64,000 nt of DNA from Promethearchaeota archaeon (lineage in GTDB: Archaea > Asgardarchaeota > Lokiarchaeia > Sigyniarchaeales > SOKP01), in contig JAHLWP010000004.1 of NCBI GenBank assembly GCA_019057865.1, positions 100,045 through 164,044 of the forward strand, given 5' to 3'. Shown here one piece after another: positions 10,439 to 20,102 of the stretch. A program made the translations under genes and the position numbers. Numbering within the stretch: the stretch's first letter is position 1; every line of letters begins with the position of its first letter. Below the pieces are notes generated by a model. The model was not told the origin of the DNA. It saw nothing but the letters and a program-made list of their open reading frames with translations, and did not search any database.

Positions 10439-10538
10439 ATCTCTTTCATTACTCTTTATGACTATATTAATAATCTCATTTAAATTTAGGGAAAGTTTCA
10501 AAAGTTTTGATATTATCAATTAATACTATTATTTAACG

Positions 10539-11402
10539 ATGGAAAATAAAATTCTAAATGGAAGAAATTTAGCAGATAAGTTAAATTTAGAATTAAAAGA
10601 AGAAATAAATAAATTTGTTAAAAAAACAGGAATCAAACCTAAATTAGCCGCGATATTAGTTGGTGAAGACCCAGCTTCAGAAGTTTATGTTAATATTAAA
10701 CGAAAAAAGTGTGCTGAGGCAGGTATTGAATCTATCTTAGTTAAATTGGATAAAGAAATTTCAAATGAAGAGTTATTAAATGAAATTGATAAATTAAATA
10801 AGGATAAAACTGTTCATGGTATTATTTTACAATTACCTCTTCCAAATAAATTACGTGAGAGTACAAATGAATTCATAGAAAAGATATTTCCTCTTAAAGA
10901 TGTAGATGGTTCTAGTCCTATTAACAAAGGTATGCTTTTTGATTATAATGAAGAATTAGCAGCATGTACTCCTAAAGGTATTATAGCTTTACTCGAATAT
11001 TATAATATAGATCTTAAGGGAAAAGATGTAGTTATTATTAATCGTTCCAATCTAGTAGGGAAACCACTAATTTTCATGCTTTTAAAACGAAACGCAACTG
11101 TAACGGTTTGTCATACATCAACAAAGAATATAGAGGAACATATGAGAAGAGCTGATATACTAATAGTAGCAGTAGGAATACCAAATTTTATAACTCAGGA
11201 GAAAATAAAAAAAGGAGCTATAATTATTGATGTCGGACAAAGTAGAGTTGAAGGGAAATTATTTGGAGATGTTGATTTTGATGATGTTCTTGAAAGATGC
11301 GCAGCGATAACCCCAACTCCTGGGGGAGTAGGACCTCTTACGGTAGCCTTTTTGCTCCAAAATACCTTCATTGCATATAAAAAACAAATAAAAATTTATT
11401 AA
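10539..11402 (+). CDS. folD: Bifunctional methylenetetrahydrofolate dehydrogenase/cyclohydrolase
   Basis: VGEDPASEVYVNIK, HGIILQLPLP, KDVDG, CTPKG, RSNLVGKP, TPTPGGVGPLT. Confidence 0.97.
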   Translation: MENKILNGRNLADKLNLELKEEINKFVKKTGIKPKLAAILVGEDPASEVYVNIKRKKCAEAGIESILVKLDKEISNEELLNEIDKLNKDKTVHGIILQLPLPNKLRESTNEFIEKIFPLKDVDGSSPINKGMLFDYNEELAACTPKGIIALLEYYNIDLKGKDVVIINRSNLVGKPLIFMLLKRNATVTVCHTSTKNIEEHMRRADILIVAVGIPNFITQEKIKKGAIIIDVGQSRVEGKLFGDVDFDDVLERCAAITPTPGGVGPLTVAFLLQNTFIAYKKQIKIY

Positions 11403-11505
11403 TTAATAGTTTAAAAAGAAATAGAAATAAATATATTAATTATTAATATAAAACATATAATCTTACTAAAGTAAGATCTTATACTCAAAAAAAAAAATCT
11501 GAATT

Positions 11506-11961
11506 ATGGCTATCCTTGAAGTGGGCGTGAATTTAGGCACTAAGAATCTTATCGAAATTAAATACTATTCTTCCTCAGATAATCTTTTGGATGCCGATTT
11601 AAGAGCAGGATTCCTTTCTGCTTTAGAATCCTTCACAACTGAAGTCTTTGGTGACAATATAAATGTAGTATCTCTTGCCTCATTTAAATTAGTCTGCTAT
11701 TCGGAAATGATTGCTTTACCAGGGGATGATCCTAATAATAAGCAACCTCTATTATCTTATGCCATAATTGAAAAAGAAACAGACACAACAATGGTTAAAC
11801 AATATTTGACTGAGATTTTATCTTATTTTCTTAATAGATATTCTTTGTATGATATCTTTGAAAAAAAATATAAATACTTTAAAACATTTGAAAGTCGAAT
11901 CAATGAAATTTTAGGCGATTTAAAACTAAAAACAGAAGATAGATTCCGATCTATATTTTAA
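11506..11961 (+). CDS. Longin/roadblock-like domain protein
   Basis: Asgard longin-type pattern: DLRAGFLSALESFTTEVFG, then LLSYAII...L..IL..F...Y. Confidence 0.6.
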   Translation: MAILEVGVNLGTKNLIEIKYYSSSDNLLDADLRAGFLSALESFTTEVFGDNINVVSLASFKLVCYSEMIALPGDDPNNKQPLLSYAIIEKETDTTMVKQYLTEILSYFLNRYSLYDIFEKKYKYFKTFESRINEILGDLKLKTEDRFRSIF

Positions 11962-11982
11962 TTAACTTATAGAGGTTTTAAT

Positions 11983-13182
11983 TTGAGCTCTAATTTACCA
12001 CCTCAAGCTAAGGCCAAATATCAAGAGTATTTAGATGCTGGTTCTTTAGAGGAAAGAATAAAAAAACTTGAGGAATTTTTATCTTTAGTTCCTAAACATA
12101 AAGCTACAGAAAAAATAGTAGCCCTAAATCGCTCTCGCTTAGCTAAATTGAAAAAAGAATTTGAAAAAAAGCGATATATACAAAAAAGTACTCAAAAAAT
12201 TATATCTCCCTTTTCAATAAAGAAAGAGGGAATTCAAATAATCCTAATCAGTGATTTCCATACACCTGGAGCTGGTAAAACCTCTCTTTTAAATTATTTA
12301 ACTGGAGCTGCGAAAAAAAAGATTGGAAAATTTACCCCAATTCCAGAAATAGGAATTTACGAATATAATAAAATTAGATATCAAATTGTTGATATGCCTT
12401 CAATAATGGAGGGGGCTTCAAATGGAATTGGAAATGGTAAGGAAATTCTTTCTCAGCTAAGATCTTGCGATTTAATTTGCATTTGTATTGATTTATCACG
12501 CAATTATGAAGAACAAATGAACCTATTATTAAATGAATTAAATAACGCAAATATAAGGATAAATATTCCTCCACCACCAATAACAATTGAAAAAACAGGT
12601 TCTAATAAAATTCAAGTCTTATACTTGACAAGTGAAGCAAAAAACATCAATGAAAATCTTGATGAATTAACTGAAAGAATAAAAGAAATTGTTCATGAAG
12701 GTGGCCTCAGAAATGCAATAGTCAGGGTTTATGGTAGAATTACACTTGAAAAAGTTGTTGATGCATTAAATCCTTCAATAGTTTATAAAAAAGCAATTAT
12801 AATTGGAACTAAGGGGGATCTAGCTCATACTCAAGAAATATTTGAAAATTTAAAAAAATTATATTCAGAAACATTTCCAATAATCATTGGAACTAGTGTA
12901 AAAAAAAGTGAATTTCCAGATAATTTTGGCGAAATTTTACTAAAATATTTGGATAAAATAAGAATCTACACTATGAATTTTGGAATAATTGCAGAAAAGC
13001 CTTTAATTATCAATAAAGAAAATGCTACTGTAAAAGAGGTTGCAAATAAAATCCATAGAAGTTTTGTTGAGTTATTCGATCATGCAATAGTAATCAGAGA
13101 AGCAGATCGCCAAAAGCGTAAAAAAGTAGGTACAGAATATCAATTAAAAGATAATGATGTTATTGAACTACACTTAATTTAA
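11983..13182 (+). CDS. DRG/OBG-family GTPase with a C-terminal TGS domain (divergent)
   Basis: VPKHKATEK N-terminus, GAGKTS, QIVDMP, TKGD, IH..F...F..A and VG..Y.L.D.DVIELH TGS motif. Confidence 0.85.
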   Translation: MSSNLPPQAKAKYQEYLDAGSLEERIKKLEEFLSLVPKHKATEKIVALNRSRLAKLKKEFEKKRYIQKSTQKIISPFSIKKEGIQIILISDFHTPGAGKTSLLNYLTGAAKKKIGKFTPIPEIGIYEYNKIRYQIVDMPSIMEGASNGIGNGKEILSQLRSCDLICICIDLSRNYEEQMNLLLNELNNANIRINIPPPPITIEKTGSNKIQVLYLTSEAKNINENLDELTERIKEIVHEGGLRNAIVRVYGRITLEKVVDALNPSIVYKKAIIIGTKGDLAHTQEIFENLKKLYSETFPIIIGTSVKKSEFPDNFGEILLKYLDKIRIYTMNFGIIAEKPLIINKENATVKEVANKIHRSFVELFDHAIVIREADRQKRKKVGTEYQLKDNDVIELHLI

Positions 13183-13185
13183 TTT

Positions 13186-14133
13186 TTAATTTAAATAATC
13201 CTCAATATTGTCATTCATATTTAGGATTGAAGATATGGTAGTAGTAAGCTCCTCATCAGTAATCTCTTCTTTATTAATTAACTTTAAAGCTAAATCTCTA
13301 TACTTCATCCAATTGCTTTTTGAAGATATAAGCTTTAACTTAGTAGAAAACGAGTATAAATTAATATAAATATCCTTATAATCACCATCACGAATAGCTT
13401 TGGAACCCATTCCTTCAATTGTAGCTGGTAATGATGTTTTTACTTTATTTAAATAATAATTCAATTTAAGCTTTGTATCCTTATATAAACCTTTAAGTTT
13501 TTTTAATTCCTCTTGATAAACCATAAAAAATCTTTCATCTCTTAATCGTTCGCATAATTTAAGTATTCGTTCTACAATTAGTAATTTCTCAATAATCGCT
13601 GCTTTATTGAATTTTTCAATAAGTAATTCTCTTTCTTGAATTATAACTTTTTTTTCTTGTACAGAATGATCCTTCCTATGTGACCAAATTGTTTTTAGAA
13701 AATGTTCTGGTTTTTCAAGTAATGATGTTCCTTCTATTAATTTCTTGTTAGATAATATCAATTCTGAAAGAGCTTTATCTAAGATCTTAAGTTCTTTTTT
13801 ATCTTCAACCCAATCGAGAATATTTTGTTTAAATTTTAATAAAACTTTTATAAATTTAGGAATTAATTTAGTAATATTTTTATAATCTTGCTTATCGGCA
13901 ATAATTACTAAATCTGCTTCAATTTCCTCCAAAGATGTTATATATACTGTATAGTCACCTAACTCAATATTCTTTAATTCTTTTGAACCTTCAAGAACTA
14001 ATTCTGAAATAAAGCTTTTTATAGCTGAAAAAAAGCTACTAAATATTTCCATCTTTCCAGACTCAATGTCTTGGAAATTTTTTTCATACATCAATGAACC
14101 GGAATGGCTAAAAAGAAATATAGAATAAAGCAT
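13186..14133 (-). CDS. Longin-like domain protein with a C-terminal helical region
   Basis: MLYSIFLFSHSGSLMYEKNF...FSSFFSAIKSFISEL...LKNIELGD is a longin-type N-terminus. Confidence 0.65.
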   Translation of the reverse strand: MLYSIFLFSHSGSLMYEKNFQDIESGKMEIFSSFFSAIKSFISELVLEGSKELKNIELGDYTVYITSLEEIEADLVIIADKQDYKNITKLIPKFIKVLLKFKQNILDWVEDKKELKILDKALSELILSNKKLIEGTSLLEKPEHFLKTIWSHRKDHSVQEKKVIIQERELLIEKFNKAAIIEKLLIVERILKLCERLRDERFFMVYQEELKKLKGLYKDTKLKLNYYLNKVKTSLPATIEGMGSKAIRDGDYKDIYINLYSFSTKLKLISSKSNWMKYRDLALKLINKEEITDEELTTTISSILNMNDNIEDYLN

Positions 14134-14227
14134 AAAATTTTTGAGTTAAATTTTAATTTTCCCAATAAAATCTTATTGAATTATAATATTAATTAATAAA
14201 TTTTTACGATATAATAAATTTATATAC

Positions 14228-16897
14228 TTAATATTTGATGCGTTCAATTATTTTAGGGATTTCAGAAAGTTCTTTTTTATATTTGATATTTAAATTCATT
14301 ATTCCTTCTATAATGTTTTTTATACTCTCCAAACTGTAGATTAAATTTTCTAAATAATCAATAATATCTCCCTTAAATACTATTATTTTATATTCATCAT
14401 TTAAATAACTAGATATCCCTTTTATAGATAAATTTTTATTAGTTCGTAGATTTAGAATTATCTTTTCAAGTTTCAATCTCCCACAATCACAATAGGGATT
14501 ATCTTTACAATTGCAATTGAATATATCCCCTGTTAACTTCGTTATAAATTCAATAAATTCATTAGAAAATGTTTTTCGTTTTTTCACATAATCGGCATTC
14601 ATCAATGATAATACACTAGCACTAAATAAATTATTTGAGAGATATTTCATTCTAACATTTTTAGCCAAATCAGCGACAATTTTTGTAGCTAAATATACAT
14701 TTTTAATTGGTTTGATTTCAAGGGCAATTTCATTAATAGATTTCTCATTCTTTTTAATAATTTCTATAATTTCTAAACATTGATCAATTTTTAAGAAGGA
14801 TTTGGCAATTGCTTGCCCTAATTGTGTTGATTTAAGAAGAAAATTTTCTTTTATTCTTATCAATTTCAGAGAATTTAGTTTTTTTAGAAAAGAGTCTAAA
14901 TCGAAGTTATCATTGATTAAATATGAATAGAACTCATAAATTTTATCTTTTGTAATTCCCTCTTTAAAAACTGAAATAAATGCCAAAATTTCGGTAAGAG
15001 ATTTATCATCACTAGGAGATAACTCGAAATCTTTGATTTTTCCATTCAATAATTTTATTGCAATATTTTCTTCGGTTTCTTTCATTCTCGGAGAATAAAG
15101 TTTTCCAGGTTCTACAAGAACATAAGCAAGCCCTAATTCATGCTTTTTTAATCTACCAGCTCTTCCTAACATCTGCTCAAATTCTGCCACTGATAACCAT
15201 TTTATTCCCATCGCTAAAGATTCAAATATAACCTGTCTTGCGGGGAGATCTACTCCTGCTGCTAATGCAGCAGTAGCAACTACACCTGCGATTCTTTGTG
15301 CCTGAAACTCTGTTTCAATAATTTTTCTTTCTTCATTTGTTAATCCAGAATGATAAGCTTTTATTTTAATTCCTTTTGTACAAAAATATTGTGTTAGAGA
15401 CTCACATTTCTTTCTTGTGTTTGTAAAAATTATTGATTGTCCTTTGTACCCATATTGTGATCTTTTTGAAAAAGCTTTTCTTACTATCCTTGCTATAAAT
15501 TTTTGTTTGATTGTTTCATTTAAGCATAATAATAAATGGCGTTCAATAGGAACGGGTCTATTATTGTACATAATTAATTTGCAATTTAAATTTTCTGCTA
15601 GAAGCTCTGGTTCTCCAACTGTAGCACTTAGATATAAAAATTGAGCTTCATAAAGAGATTTTAGGCGAGCAATAAAACCATCCAAAAGAAAACCCCTATC
15701 AGGGTCTATAAGGGTTTGAACTTCATCGATAATGATGGTTCCAATATTTCCTAATTTTTTTTTATTTCCACTTCTTAATATATAATCAATGGCTTCATAA
15801 GTGGCGATGATTATATCGGCATTAATTAGACTTTCTAAATTGTCATCCTCTTCTTTTTTTTCAAATAAAGATTCTCCAACTCTTTTAAGAATTATTAAGT
15901 TTAAAGGCTTATATATCTGTTTAAATGATTCAGTTCTTAGATTAGCTAAGGCTACTATTGGAACTAAATACAACATTTTTTTATTTTTATTTTTAAGCAC
16001 CTTAGTAACTCCTGCTAACTCGCCTACTAATGTTTTACCTGCTGATGTAGGAGCCATAATTAATTGATCATTGTATTCTGATAAGAGACCCTTTTCAATT
16101 GCAATTGCTTGGATTGGTAATAAAGTAGAAATATTCTGATTTTTCAGTAATGTTTTAAATGATGATATGATATCCAATTTTTCTACTTTATAATCAAGAT
16201 ATTTCTTACTAATAGTAGGGCTTTTCTCTATATTATATAAAGTTATATCTCTATTCAAAATTGGATCGAAATCAGATTTAAATGCCGAAATGACTTTATT
16301 GATATCCTTAAATTTCAGTATCATATGTTGAAAGAAATTTTTTAATTTAGGACTAACTTGTCCTTCAGAGAATAAGCCTGAGAGTTTTGCTTGTCTAATA
16401 ATAATATCATATGCACAATCAGCACAAATTTTTTGATTTTTAAAAGATTTAATTTGAAAGCCCTCATTTAAAATTGTGAATTTCTGTTCATCCAAACATG
16501 AATTACAGAATGTTAAATTAACTATCTTATTCTTATCAAATTGAAAATTATTCAACATTTCTTTTACTGGTATAAAGTCTTCCGAAGGAGTTTGATTCGA
16601 AAAAGCAATGAATTTATTCTCATTTGATAGTAAAAATTTCTTAAAAATACGTGGATTTACAGGGTTTATTGCTCCATCCTTGTCAATTTTATTAAAATTT
16701 AATGGGCGCATTTTATTCTTGAAATCTAGCCCAAAAATAACTGTTCCTCTAAAAAATGGTTCATTTACATAAGAAAAAGTAAAATTTTTTTGCTTAAATG
16801 ATTTTAAATAAAAGAAATTTACATTGAAAACTAATTCTTTCTTAGATTCACGATTTTTATCTAAAACCATGAAAAATTTCTTTAAAGGAAAAGTCAA
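14228..16897 (-). CDS. Archaeal SF2 DEAD/DEAH-box helicase with a C-terminal Cys cluster (DUF5814-type)
   Basis: APTSAGKT, DEVQ, LSAT, YHSGL, QMLGRAGR; C-terminal CNCKDNPYCDCG. Confidence 0.9.
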   Translation of the reverse strand: MTFPLKKFFMVLDKNRESKKELVFNVNFFYLKSFKQKNFTFSYVNEPFFRGTVIFGLDFKNKMRPLNFNKIDKDGAINPVNPRIFKKFLLSNENKFIAFSNQTPSEDFIPVKEMLNNFQFDKNKIVNLTFCNSCLDEQKFTILNEGFQIKSFKNQKICADCAYDIIIRQAKLSGLFSEGQVSPKLKNFFQHMILKFKDINKVISAFKSDFDPILNRDITLYNIEKSPTISKKYLDYKVEKLDIISSFKTLLKNQNISTLLPIQAIAIEKGLLSEYNDQLIMAPTSAGKTLVGELAGVTKVLKNKNKKMLYLVPIVALANLRTESFKQIYKPLNLIILKRVGESLFEKKEEDDNLESLINADIIIATYEAIDYILRSGNKKKLGNIGTIIIDEVQTLIDPDRGFLLDGFIARLKSLYEAQFLYLSATVGEPELLAENLNCKLIMYNNRPVPIERHLLLCLNETIKQKFIARIVRKAFSKRSQYGYKGQSIIFTNTRKKCESLTQYFCTKGIKIKAYHSGLTNEERKIIETEFQAQRIAGVVATAALAAGVDLPARQVIFESLAMGIKWLSVAEFEQMLGRAGRLKKHELGLAYVLVEPGKLYSPRMKETEENIAIKLLNGKIKDFELSPSDDKSLTEILAFISVFKEGITKDKIYEFYSYLINDNFDLDSFLKKLNSLKLIRIKENFLLKSTQLGQAIAKSFLKIDQCLEIIEIIKKNEKSINEIALEIKPIKNVYLATKIVADLAKNVRMKYLSNNLFSASVLSLMNADYVKKRKTFSNEFIEFITKLTGDIFNCNCKDNPYCDCGRLKLEKIILNLRTNKNLSIKGISSYLNDEYKIIVFKGDIIDYLENLIYSLESIKNIIEGIMNLNIKYKKELSEIPKIIERIKY

Positions 16898-16955
16898 ATT
16901 AAAACACTTTTATATTCTACAAATAAACCAGAATAAATAATATAAAAAAATTTCA

Positions 16956-17117
16956 TTAGAATCCAAATACTTCCTTGATTTTATCATAGATCTCTTTAAT
17001 TTCTCTAAGCTTAGCTTCGTCCCCTTGGTTTAAAAAGTGGGAAACCCACTCGGAAAGTCCCCCTTTGTTTATCCATTCAAGAAAGTATTCTACCGCTTGT
17101 CTATCCTCAGCAGACAT
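16956..17117 (-). CDS. Small 53-aa hypothetical protein not in the supplied ORF track (MSAEDRQAVEYFLEWINKGGLSEWVSHFLNQGDEAKLREIKEIYDKIKEVFGF)
   Basis: Translated by hand; ATG to TAA; GC-richer than the flanks; protein-like amphipathic sequence upstream of the helicase. Confidence 0.65.
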   Translation of the reverse strand: MSAEDRQAVEYFLEWINKGGLSEWVSHFLNQGDEAKLREIKEIYDKIKEVFGF

Positions 17118-17352
17118 TTTTAAACTTTTACTTCCTAGTTGTTTTTTAATTGTTTTAGATTATGAATTCTATCTATATAAAAATATAAATTAATCTATTT
17201 TAAAATTAATCTATTTTATGAATTTGTGTTCTATCATCTAATTAAAGATAGAAAAAAATAATCTATTGAAATTGAGAAGGAGTTATAAATAATTCTATTT
17301 TATATTTTTATAATTTCAATTCATAAAAAACTATTTAAAAAAAAATTCTTAT

Positions 17353-18324
17353 GTGATTAAAAAAATGCCAGACGTGCGTATAAAAACACCTAATTTAGAT
17401 GATATTTTCGAGAAATGGAAACAACGTTCTGTAAGAAAAGATCGTAAAAATATGGAAAAGCAATTTGGAACAAAAGGAGCCATGTTCTCCTTAGATGCTG
17501 TAAGTGCAGCAGAATATGTAAAAGAAACTATGAAGGAAGCCGCAATATATTTTGCTGTTAAAAAAACTCTTGGAGCTGCCCCCAAAGGGAAGGATGATAA
17601 TACTGTTATGGCACCCAGAGTGAGCAGAGAAACTTATTATTCTTTTAAAGGTGCTGGTAAAATAAATAAAGAAAATTGGAAGGATGATGATAAAGTCCCT
17701 ATGTATGAGTCAATTCAAGCAGTTTCATGTAAAACATGTAAAGGTAGAGGATATACTGATGATAAATGTAAAACATGCAAAGGAACTGGAAAAATAGAAG
17801 AAAATTTGATGGTTTTAGTAGGGGAAGAACAAAAAAAGGAAAAAAAACTATTCTCGTATCCTTGTGCTGCCTGTTATGGTACGGGGAATAGACGCGAGCA
17901 ATGTAAAGAATGTGGAGGGCATAAAAATCTGTATAAGTATGAAATTCTTCCTGTTCCCTTTCAAACTGTAGTAACTGGAGTTCCTATACTTCATAGTTCC
18001 GCTCAAACGAAATATGAAAAGGAAATTGGAGAAGATCTTCATAAAATGATAGAAGAGGTAGAAGGAATCAGATTTAGTGAATTTAAGGATTTAGAATCTA
18101 AAGCAGAAGCCTCTCTTGGTTATATGAATAAGAATATTAAGAAAACAATATCAGCAGCAGCAAGCGATCATAAAACCTATCAGAAGGATAAAGATTCACA
18201 AATCACTACTCAGATCTACCTCTTCCCTATGATTCAAATGTTTTGCGAGACCAAAAAGGGTTCAAAATTTGAAATTTATAGTCTAGGTTCAGGAAATAAA
18301 TTTATGGTATATTCAAATTTCTAA
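17353..18324 (+). CDS. DnaJ-type CxxCxGxG zinc-finger protein lacking a J domain (SSUH2-like)
   Basis: CKTCKGRG, CKTCKGTG, CAACYGTG, CKECGG; no HPD motif. Confidence 0.7.
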   Translation: MIKKMPDVRIKTPNLDDIFEKWKQRSVRKDRKNMEKQFGTKGAMFSLDAVSAAEYVKETMKEAAIYFAVKKTLGAAPKGKDDNTVMAPRVSRETYYSFKGAGKINKENWKDDDKVPMYESIQAVSCKTCKGRGYTDDKCKTCKGTGKIEENLMVLVGEEQKKEKKLFSYPCAACYGTGNRREQCKECGGHKNLYKYEILPVPFQTVVTGVPILHSSAQTKYEKEIGEDLHKMIEEVEGIRFSEFKDLESKAEASLGYMNKNIKKTISAAASDHKTYQKDKDSQITTQIYLFPMIQMFCETKKGSKFEIYSLGSGNKFMVYSNF

Positions 18325-18417
18325 AAAATTCTATTTTTTTAATTTAATTTTTATATTTTTTAAATTATTTAAATTCTCTAACTACTTTGTGTATATTAAG
18401 AAAAATATTAAGATTCA

Positions 18418-19353
18418 GTGACACTTTTAAAAATGGCGCGGGACGGACCAGAGATCCTTGCTGATGACGAGGAAAGAGATATTTTAGATTTCATGTTAAA
18501 CGCATGTGGGTTAGATTCAAGGGATTTCCATCGTGATGAGAGAATTCTTTCGAGGCAAAATCTTGAAAAGAATTTCATATTCCTCAAAAAAATGGTTGAT
18601 GGCAGGTCATTTCGGCGAGCTCCTTACTTTGTTATAGGATACTTAATGCTAATTACTGGATTAAGGATCCCTGACATGCTCAAATCTGATATCTTAAGAA
18701 TGATAAAATTGGAATTTGAGAAAGAATATAGACCAAAAGATTTTAATATTTTGAGGAAAATATGCCTTGAGGACTTTAAAGAAAAGATCTGTTTCCATAA
18801 ATCAGGTATGGTATTACGCCCTATAAAGCTTGGATATATTAACAATGTAGAACTTTCGGATGCTATCATCGGTCTAAATCAATTTTGGTATGCATGTAAG
18901 ACTGGTGAAATATATAACATAAGACATCTTAAAATTGATGGTTGGGGATTAACCCAAATTCCTCCCCCAATTTTTAATATTAAAAATCTTGAGTCTTTAA
19001 GTTTGCAATTCAATCAAATAAAACATATTCCTGTTGATATTGCTAACTTAGCTTCTTTAAAATATTTAGATTTAGGATATAATCAATTGACTGACTTCCC
19101 TAAATCTGTTCTAAGTTTGCATTCAATGATAGGCCTTGGTTTAGACCATAATTTTATGACTAATATTCCAAAAGGTATAATTCATCTAAAATCTATTGAA
19201 TATTTAGATTTGAATAATAATCTTATATCTCATCTCCCTGACGTTTTAAGGGATTTAAATTCTCTAAAACGTTTATCTATTAGGGATAATAACATTAAAG
19301 AAATCCCTAATTCTTTCAAATCCGCTAACTTTTCAATTTTTCTGACTTATTAA
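18418..19353 (+). CDS. Leucine-rich repeat protein
   Basis: About five LxxLxLxxNxI/LxxIP repeats in the C-terminal third. Confidence 0.9.
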   Translation: MTLLKMARDGPEILADDEERDILDFMLNACGLDSRDFHRDERILSRQNLEKNFIFLKKMVDGRSFRRAPYFVIGYLMLITGLRIPDMLKSDILRMIKLEFEKEYRPKDFNILRKICLEDFKEKICFHKSGMVLRPIKLGYINNVELSDAIIGLNQFWYACKTGEIYNIRHLKIDGWGLTQIPPPIFNIKNLESLSLQFNQIKHIPVDIANLASLKYLDLGYNQLTDFPKSVLSLHSMIGLGLDHNFMTNIPKGIIHLKSIEYLDLNNNLISHLPDVLRDLNSLKRLSIRDNNIKEIPNSFKSANFSIFLTY

Positions 19354-19407
19354 ATTAAAGACTTTTATTAGTAAATTTTAAATATTAATAAGAATTCTTT
19401 TTATACG

Positions 19408-19429
19408 TCTAGGTTTGATCTAGGTTTGA
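19408..19429 (+). promoter_or_regulatory. 11-bp tandem direct repeat TCTAGGTTTGA x2 upstream of the ECF S-component; candidate operator
   Basis: Exact repeat ending about 28 bp before the ATG at 19458. Confidence 0.45.
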
Positions 19430-19457
19430 ACTTACATTTAGCCTAAAATGATGAAAT

Positions 19458-20102
19458 ATGGAAGATCAGAAGGTAGTAACAGAAAAAAAATATTATATTA
19501 AGAAAAAAAGTTTTGTAGGTTATTTATTACCTAGTAATGCATTATTGATTTCGATGATTGGCATTTTCACGGCTTTAAATTTTGTAGTAACATATTGGAT
19601 CCAGATTCCAATTCCCGCTACTGGAGGATACATTAATATTGGAGATGTTACAGTAATGTTTACAGCACTTTTATTTGGACCCATTATAGGCGGTATTGCT
19701 GGTGGCTTAGGACCCATGTTAGCAGATATATTTTCACCTTATATAGTTTATGCTCCCGCTACAGTAATAATTAAAGGCGTAGAGGGAATCCTAATCGGAT
19801 TAATATCCAATCCAAAAGATTGTGAAAGGAGGATTTCTTATCGTGATGTAATTGCCGTTTTGATTGGTGGAATTTTAATTCCTTTAGGTTATTTCATTTA
19901 TGAAGCTTTTATACTTAGACTTGGAGTTGCTACTGCATTGGTTGAGATGCCATTTAACTTTTTTCAGTTTGGATTTGCGGCAATAGGCTCCATTTTACTT
20001 ATTGCTGCTTCAAGAAAGAATATAATTGAATCTCTGCCTTATATTTTTGATAAAATATTTATTCTAAAAGAATCAGGAACTATCAAACAGGAAAAATACT
20101 AA
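19458..20102 (+). CDS. ECF transporter S component
   Basis: IPIPATGGYINIGD...LLFGP..G..AGG.G..LAD...YAPAT.IIKG.EG. Confidence 0.92.
   Translation: MEDQKVVTEKKYYIKKKSFVGYLLPSNALLISMIGIFTALNFVVTYWIQIPIPATGGYINIGDVTVMFTALLFGPIIGGIAGGLGPMLADIFSPYIVYAPATVIIKGVEGILIGLISNPKDCERRISYRDVIAVLIGGILIPLGYFIYEAFILRLGVATALVEMPFNFFQFGFAAIGSILLIAASRKNIIESLPYIFDKIFILKESGTIKQEKY

Noticed and set aside
17353-18324. dnaJ
   Set aside because: No J domain (HPD) or G/F-rich region
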